A stretch of DNA of 33,805 nt. Origin: Chloroflexota bacterium. GTDB lineage: Bacteria > Chloroflexota > UBA11872 > VXNJ01. The stretch covers positions 1 to 33,805 of the forward strand of contig CAUYYU010000003.1 in assembly GCA_963577415.1 (NCBI GenBank), written 5' to 3'. Below are positions 28,405 to 33,805 of the stretch, piece by piece. Position 1 is the first letter of the stretch, and each line of letters opens with the position of its first letter. Under the pieces are notes generated by a model. The model ran no database searches, was not told the origin of the DNA, and saw nothing but the letters and a program-made list of their open reading frames with translations. The position numbers were made by a program, and so were the translations under genes.

Positions 28405-28434
28405 TTGAAACACGCATCCCGAGTGGCATATCAT
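28405..28434 (+). promoter_or_regulatory. Candidate sigma70-type dnaA promoter
   Basis: TTGAAA (28405-10), 18-nt spacer, TATCAT (28429-34), about 60 nt upstream of the dnaA TTG start. Confidence 0.55.
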
Positions 28435-28492
28435 TTCTTCTACGCAGCGCTCGGGCCATGCCTGCCAACGTCCATTATAGGGAGTCTAACTG

Positions 28493-29845
28493 TTGATTGA
28501 CCGCTCCACTTGGGACGCCGCGCTGGGGGCACTTGAGGTTCAGATGAGCAGCGGCCAGTTTGCTGCCTGGCTCAAGGATAGTCATTTCGTAGAAGGTGGC
28601 CCGAGCCGGTTGGTGGTCGGGGTTCCCAACGCGTTTGCACGGGAAACTATCGAACGTAATTACCGACCGATTGTAGATGACGCTGTCTGTGATATTGCCG
28701 GCCGTAAAGTTGCCGTTACTTTTATCATTGATGGACAGTTGGCTGGAAAGCTGTCGGCGGCGAGTCCGTCGGTAGGGCAACGTGGGGCCCGAAAGGCGGA
28801 CCCGTCTGCGGGTCTCAAAGCTACTCTGGCGAGCAGGTTCAGCTTTGACAGCTATGTGGTGGGGCGCGGAAATCAACTGGCGCACGCTGCCGCCAAACGA
28901 GTGAGCGAGAGCCCGGGTAAAACCTATAATCCATTATTCATCTACGGCGGGGTGGGGCTGGGAAAGACGCATCTGCTGCGTGCAATCGCCGACGCTATTG
29001 CGGAATCTTCACCGGGAACGAATGTCTTGTACGCAACTTCCGAGGACTTTACCAACGATCTCGTGAGCGCGATCCGGGGGGGGCGTACGGCCCAACTGCG
29101 GACCAAGTATCGGTCGGCGGATGTGCTTCTGCTGGACGATGTCCAGTTCGTAGCAGGCCGTGAGTCCACTCAGGAGGAGCTGTTTCACACATTTGACTCA
29201 CTACATTCTCAAGGTAAGCAGATCGTATTCACAAGCGATCGGACGCCTCACGAGATCCAGCCGCTATCCGATCGACTGATCACAAGGTTCGCCTGCGGCT
29301 TGGTGGCCGACGTGCAGCCGCCAGACGTTGAGACGCGGATGGCGGTGCTCCGGACGAGGGCAAAAGCCGGCGGAGTGTCGCTGCCCGATGCAGTGGCAGA
29401 GTACATGGCCACTAAGATCACCCGAAATATCCGCGATCTTGAAGGCGCCCTGACCAGGGTCATAGCGTTCGCCGATCTGAACGGGGGCAAGCTGGAGGTT
29501 GAAATGGCTAAGGCGGCGCTGAATGGGCTGGCCTACGGAGGCGCGCGACGGATCGTGGCGTTGGAAGACGTGCTTGAAGGGGTGGCGGAGCACTATCGGG
29601 TAGAGGCATCCGCTCTGGTGGGACGGAGCCGCAGGAGGGATGTTAGTCATCCCCGACAGGTCGCGATGTACCTGATGCGGGTTCTGACCTCCTATTCGCT
29701 GCCGGCAATTGGCGCCACCCTAGGAGGACGCGATCATTCCACAATCCTGCATGGCTACCAGAAAGTGGCGGGCAGGCTGGATGCAGATGCCGATCTGGCA
29801 GGCGATATCGATTCAATCCGAGCGGCCGTCCTAGGAAGGCAATGA
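28493..29845 (+). CDS. dnaA: Chromosomal replication initiator DnaA
   Basis: YNPLFIYGGVGLGKTHL, LLLDDVQF, QEELFHTF, N.R.LEGAL and RQ.AMYL...GGRDHST motifs. TTG start after AGGGAG. Confidence 0.99.
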   Translation: MIDRSTWDAALGALEVQMSSGQFAAWLKDSHFVEGGPSRLVVGVPNAFARETIERNYRPIVDDAVCDIAGRKVAVTFIIDGQLAGKLSAASPSVGQRGARKADPSAGLKATLASRFSFDSYVVGRGNQLAHAAAKRVSESPGKTYNPLFIYGGVGLGKTHLLRAIADAIAESSPGTNVLYATSEDFTNDLVSAIRGGRTAQLRTKYRSADVLLLDDVQFVAGRESTQEELFHTFDSLHSQGKQIVFTSDRTPHEIQPLSDRLITRFACGLVADVQPPDVETRMAVLRTRAKAGGVSLPDAVAEYMATKITRNIRDLEGALTRVIAFADLNGGKLEVEMAKAALNGLAYGGARRIVALEDVLEGVAEHYRVEASALVGRSRRRDVSHPRQVAMYLMRVLTSYSLPAIGATLGGRDHSTILHGYQKVAGRLDADADLAGDIDSIRAAVLGRQ

Positions 29846-30182
29846 TCCGGACGGGGATCCAGGTGCGATCTCCGTGGTACGTGCTCATGCGGCCAGTTGA
29901 CTGCAGTGGAGTAGGCGTTGATAGACGCCTGACGGGGTGTGGATACAGGCTTGGTTATCCACAGACCCCGACGATTTACCAGACTTCGTCCACAACCACG
30001 GCCAAATCGCGAAGCTCTTTTCAGCAAATTGTAGACAGTCTGGAAAGCCGACTCTACAGCATGAGAACCGAACTTTCCCCGTTTCCACAGGCCCTACCAC
30101 TACTACGTCGGTATACAACCAGTATGGGATTGTTCGAAACAATAAGAGCGAAGTCGTCCGGTGTCGGATATGAGGCGGGATT
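29846..30182. other. Putative chromosomal replication origin (oriC)
   Basis: Intergenic region after dnaA. Perfect DnaA box TTATCCACA at 29955-63, TGTGGATAC at 29938-46, TCGTCCACA at 29986-94, GTTTCCACA at 30081-89, and weaker boxes at 30030-58. Confidence 0.85.
30073..30106 (+). promoter_or_regulatory. Basal unwinding system: tandem DnaA boxes + GC spacer + DnaA-trios
   Basis: CTTTCCCC-GTTTCCACA-GGCC-CTA-CCA-CTA-CTA-C has the same layout as the Bacillus subtilis box6/7-GGCC-trio element. Confidence 0.75.
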
Positions 30183-30980
30183 GTGAGGTCGGCTGACGGT
30201 AGGGCGATTGCAAGGGAGGGTGTCGTTTGGACGGTGGCGAATCAGAAAGGAGGGGTAGGTAAAACCGCGACCGCGGTAAATCTGGCGGCGGCAATCGCGG
30301 CGTCAGGCAAGCGGGTATTGGTGGTGGACGTGGATCCGCAGGCTAGCGCGACGAACAACTTGCTGTCAGGGCAGTCCGGGGTGGCTGATGTATATAGGGT
30401 GATGAGGGGAGAAATACCGGTTGGGGAGGGGGTCAAGAAAGGGAACGTGGTCGGATTAGATGTTCTGGGCGCGAACGAGGATCTGGTAGCGATTGAGATC
30501 GAGATGGTTGGTATGGAGGGGAGGGAGAGCGTGTTGGCGCGAATCTTGAGGGAAGTGAGGGATGCGTATGACTACGTGGTGGTGGATTCACCCCCGACAA
30601 TGGGATTGCTGACGATAAACTCGCTGGTGGCAGCGGACATGGTATTGGTGCCGGTGCAATGCGAATATCTGGCGCTGGAGGGGCTGACGAGGCTAATGAG
30701 TACGCTTGAGAGGGTGGCGGCGCTGAGGGGGGTCGAGAGAATTGGACGTCTTTACGTGCTGACTATGTACGATCGGCGGAACAATCTGGCGCGTGATGTG
30801 GTACGCGATGTGAGGGAGCATTTTGGCCGAGAGGTCGCAAGAACGGTGATACCTAGGACGGTGAAGGTGGCGGAGGCGCCTGGATTTGGCCGGACGGTGC
30901 TGGAACATGACCCGCAGGGAGCGGCTAGCTTGGCGTACCGCGTGTTGGCGGGAGAAGTGGTGAACGGTGCCGAGGCGTAG
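30183..30980 (+). CDS. parA: ParA/Soj chromosome partitioning ATPase
   Basis: ANQKGGVGKT deviant Walker A, VD.DPQ, DSPP..G.LT.N, PVQCEY.ALEG and AEAP.FG motifs. Confidence 0.97.
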   Translation: MRSADGRAIAREGVVWTVANQKGGVGKTATAVNLAAAIAASGKRVLVVDVDPQASATNNLLSGQSGVADVYRVMRGEIPVGEGVKKGNVVGLDVLGANEDLVAIEIEMVGMEGRESVLARILREVRDAYDYVVVDSPPTMGLLTINSLVAADMVLVPVQCEYLALEGLTRLMSTLERVAALRGVERIGRLYVLTMYDRRNNLARDVVRDVREHFGREVARTVIPRTVKVAEAPGFGRTVLEHDPQGAASLAYRVLAGEVVNGAEA

Positions 30981-31860
30981 TACAGGGTTGGGGAGGGGGA
31001 TCGACGCGCTGCTGCCGCGGGGCGTGCAGCAGGTGTTGGAATTGCCGAGGGAGGTGATCCGGCCCAACCGCCTCCAACCGAGAGATCGAGCGGACGAGGG
31101 TGGATTGAGGGAACTGGCGGATTCGATTCGGCTCCATGGAATATTGCAGCCGGTGGTGGTGGCGGAGCGTGATGAGGACGGGATGTATGAGCTCATTGCG
31201 GGGGAACGACGCTGGAGAGCGGCCGGAATGGCCGGATTGACGGTGATACCGGGTCTGATGAGGTCGGTAGGGGAGCAGGAGCGGTTACAGCTGGCGTTGG
31301 TAGAAAACTTACAGAGAGTGAACCTGTCGCCGGTGGAGAGGGCGCGGGCTTTTCGGCGGTTGCAGGCGGAATTTGACTTAACGCAGGAAGGTATAGCGGA
31401 AACGGTAGGTAAGAGCCGGTCGGCGGTGGCGAATACGATGAGGTTGTTGGATCTTTCGGAGGATGCTCTGCAGGCGCTTTCCGAGGGGCGAATAACTGAA
31501 GGTCATGCGCGGGCGATTTTGGGGACGCGCGATCCGCTGGGAAGGGCGGAGCTGCTGGAAGGAATCCTGAGGGAAGGGATGAGTGTGAGGGGGGTCGAGC
31601 GGGCGGTGAGGCGGAGGAATGATCGGGTGTCGCGCCAGTCAGGTAACGATGTTGAGAATCACTGGCTGGAGACTGCTTTTAGGGACTCGTTGGAGACGAA
31701 AGTCGAGGTCCAACGAAAGGGGACGGGGGGAAGGATAGTAATTCATTTTTATGACGACGAGGATTTGAAGGTACTGTTCGAGCGAATTACGGGTGGTGGG
31801 GATGTTCCACGTGAAACAGCGAGCGACGGTCTGGGTCGGACGGGGGTACGTGGTGCATGA
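30967..31860 (+). CDS. parB: ParB/Spo0J partitioning protein
   Basis: PN..QPR, GILQP, LIAGERRWRA (CTPase), LVENLQR..L, HTH TQE.IA..VGKSRS.VAN..RLL and EGHARA motifs. Confidence 0.97.
   Translation: MPRRSTGLGRGIDALLPRGVQQVLELPREVIRPNRLQPRDRADEGGLRELADSIRLHGILQPVVVAERDEDGMYELIAGERRWRAAGMAGLTVIPGLMRSVGEQERLQLALVENLQRVNLSPVERARAFRRLQAEFDLTQEGIAETVGKSRSAVANTMRLLDLSEDALQALSEGRITEGHARAILGTRDPLGRAELLEGILREGMSVRGVERAVRRRNDRVSRQSGNDVENHWLETAFRDSLETKVEVQRKGTGGRIVIHFYDDEDLKVLFERITGGGDVPRETASDGLGRTGVRGA
31803..31818. promoter_or_regulatory. parS centromere-like site inside the 3' end of parB
   Basis: TGTTCCACGTGAAACA matches the consensus TGTTNCACGTGAAACA exactly. Confidence 0.92.
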
Positions 31861-31922
31861 GTGCGGTGGCCCAAGGGGGGTGGGATCGCGAGGCTGTGAC
31901 AGCCGGCCCGAATTGAGGTCGT

Positions 31923-32240
31923 ATGGCTAATCGACGCAGGAAGCGGGATACGCGTCGGTCCCGGCGCGACCGAAAGGGAGAACCGGCGAAACGAAAGGTG
32001 CCGATACTGCCTTCTCCTAGGAAGGCGAATATAACGCGCGGAACCACCCCCCGGTTGCCGGAACCTTCTGGAGGCGTTCTGAGGGAAGACTCGGAACATC
32101 AGCAGGATGGGATGTCAGCGGAGCCGCCGGGAATGGCTCTGGGAGACCTGCGCTATGTCAGAAAGGATCTCGTTCGGATTCTGTCGCTGGCCGGGGTGAT
32201 GCTGCTAGTACTTGTCGTGACCGCCGTGGCCTTGGGCTGA
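31923..32240 (+). CDS. Small basic protein with a C-terminal TM helix (hypothetical)
   Basis: GAGG RBS. Arg/Lys-rich N-terminus, then DLRYVRKDLVRI followed by a terminal hydrophobic helix. Confidence 0.7.
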   Translation: MANRRRKRDTRRSRRDRKGEPAKRKVPILPSPRKANITRGTTPRLPEPSGGVLREDSEHQQDGMSAEPPGMALGDLRYVRKDLVRILSLAGVMLLVLVVTAVALG

Positions 32241-32340
32241 CGGGACGAGGATGGGGATGTCCGGACGCGGTTCCCCCGCCCCCCCCGCTACTGTCAGCGA
32301 GCGATTCTTGAAGCCGCGGCAGTCCGGGGAATTGAGAGAG

Positions 32341-33540
32341 CTAGTTTGGAAGGCAGCTGGCGGGAGTCTCCAGGGCAGCTCCGGACAGGGTGGCGTCGGC
32401 GACCTCGGCCCGAATCGCCTCTTGACCGGGCCTGATGAGGTAGGAGCCGTCGGAACCGGTAATGGTGGTGCCGGAGACGCCATCGTTGAGAATCACCTCG
32501 CGGGTGATGTCACCCATGGAAAGGGTGGATGCGAGCTGTAAGAGGCTGACGAGATCGCCGTCGGCGACGTTGGACTCGACGGCACCGCCCAAATCCATGA
32601 GTAAGGAGGGAATGTCGATGAGGGAAGCGGGACGCAGAAGGCTGGAGATAAGACTGGTGACGATCTGCTGCTGGCGGCAGATTCTGGCGAAATCACCGGA
32701 TGTGTCGTACCGGCGAGAGCGTGCGTACATGAGGGCCTCGCGGCCGTCGAGATGATTCTCGCCCTGTGACAGCCGAAGGATTCCGCCGGATCCATCGGGG
32801 TTGGGGACAATATCGTCGAAATCGCGATTAGCATTGATATTGACGCTGTCGAGACGGTCGATGATTCGGGAAAAGCCGTCGAAATTAACCACTGCGTAGT
32901 AGGCGATGGGTTGGCCGGTGAGTTCTGTCATGACCTCCAGCATGGTATCGGCGCCGTAGCGGGAGTAGATACCGTTGAGACGGTCGGAGGAGCGATTGCA
33001 GTCGGCGACGCAGAGATCGCGGGGAAACGAAATGAGGGCAGCAGACCGGGACTCAAGATCGGCGCTGAGCAGCATGATCACGTCCGTATTTCCGACGAAG
33101 CGGTCCACGACGTCCACCCCTAGGATCAGGACATTGAGTCGCTCAGAGGTGTCGATAGTGACCGGGGCGGCCTGGCCGGCAAGCAATATGGTGGTCGAGT
33201 GATCGCGCAATTGAGTGGAGAGCGGGCCAGGCTCGGCCGGAACAGGCAGGCGTTGAGGGGACGGCAGAGCGGGAGCGTCCAGGATCTGCGGACCAGTCTC
33301 GTACCCGGGATCGGTAGGGCCCCCGTCAGAAGCAAGCGAAGCTTGATGACGGTTCATCAACTCGGCGAAGCCGGCCGGATCTGGCGTGACCGCCGGAACG
33401 CGGAGGGAGACGACTGCAAAGATGAGGGAGCCGATGAAGGCGGCGACCGCGACTCCGCAAAGTACAGCGAGGGTAATGACCAACGGCCTGACCCAAGAGG
33501 GCGTGGATAATCTAAAGAGGGTGGAAGCTTTGAAGGGCAT
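32341..33540 (-). CDS. LCP (LytR-CpsA-Psr) family cell-wall glycopolymer ligase
   Basis: N-terminal TM. NVLILGVD, TD.IML, IS.PRDL, AL.YARSR and DFAR..RQQ motifs. Confidence 0.93.
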   Translation of the reverse strand: MPFKASTLFRLSTPSWVRPLVITLAVLCGVAVAAFIGSLIFAVVSLRVPAVTPDPAGFAELMNRHQASLASDGGPTDPGYETGPQILDAPALPSPQRLPVPAEPGPLSTQLRDHSTTILLAGQAAPVTIDTSERLNVLILGVDVVDRFVGNTDVIMLLSADLESRSAALISFPRDLCVADCNRSSDRLNGIYSRYGADTMLEVMTELTGQPIAYYAVVNFDGFSRIIDRLDSVNINANRDFDDIVPNPDGSGGILRLSQGENHLDGREALMYARSRRYDTSGDFARICRQQQIVTSLISSLLRPASLIDIPSLLMDLGGAVESNVADGDLVSLLQLASTLSMGDITREVILNDGVSGTTITGSDGSYLIRPGQEAIRAEVADATLSGAALETPASCLPN

Positions 33541-33805
33541 TGAAAGAGTGGGCCGGAGGACGCTGGCTCAAACGGGTGCTGTTCTATTTTCGTCACTCGG
33601 CGTCCGCCACATGAGATGGGAAGCGGATGTGTCCTATCCTCTCTGCTGTGGTATCGATCGCACAGGCCACTTCGTTACGTTGAGTTGGGCGGTTGGGTCA
33701 CCGCGGTCGAATTTAGACGGGGTCGTTGAACGGACTATGTAACTTTCTGGCGATCGTTGCGGCAAGAATGATGGGCGGCCTGCCGTCGAACGAACCGGAG
33801 AGAGC

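Noticed and set aside
29842-30186. 114-aa ORF spanning dnaA to parA
   Set aside because: It overlaps the dnaA stop and the parA start, but it runs across the DnaA boxes and trios and shows no protein-like motifs. The region is better explained as oriC.

Overview
GC-rich bacterial chromosomal window made up mostly of housekeeping genes. The gene set and protein styles suggest Chloroflexota, but that is inference. Left part: partial gamma-glutamyltransferase, UspA, recA, a Zn-dependent dehydrogenase, an RsmC-like methyltransferase, a VTT/DedA protein, mannose-1-P guanylyltransferase, a ThDP enzyme, a permease, TlpA, a class A PBP, a molybdopterin oxidoreductase, a LysM-SH3 protein, an Eis-like GNAT and a probable glycoside hydrolase remnant. 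Middle: an 11-subunit complex I operon (nuoABCDHIJKLMN, no nuoEFG) followed by a zincin. Right part: an unusual origin locus dnaA - oriC (DnaA boxes plus DnaA-trios) - parA - parB with parS inside parB, lacking adjacent dnaN and rpmH/rnpA, then a small membrane protein and an LCP protein. The most notable signals are that the + strand is G-rich on both sides of the apparent oriC except for a short C-rich stretch near 27.3-29.3 kb, that nuoA probably starts at CTG, and that the methyltransferase has YPPF in place of NPPF. I found no CRISPR array, rRNA, tRNA or mobile element, and no clearly novel multi-gene system that I can support.
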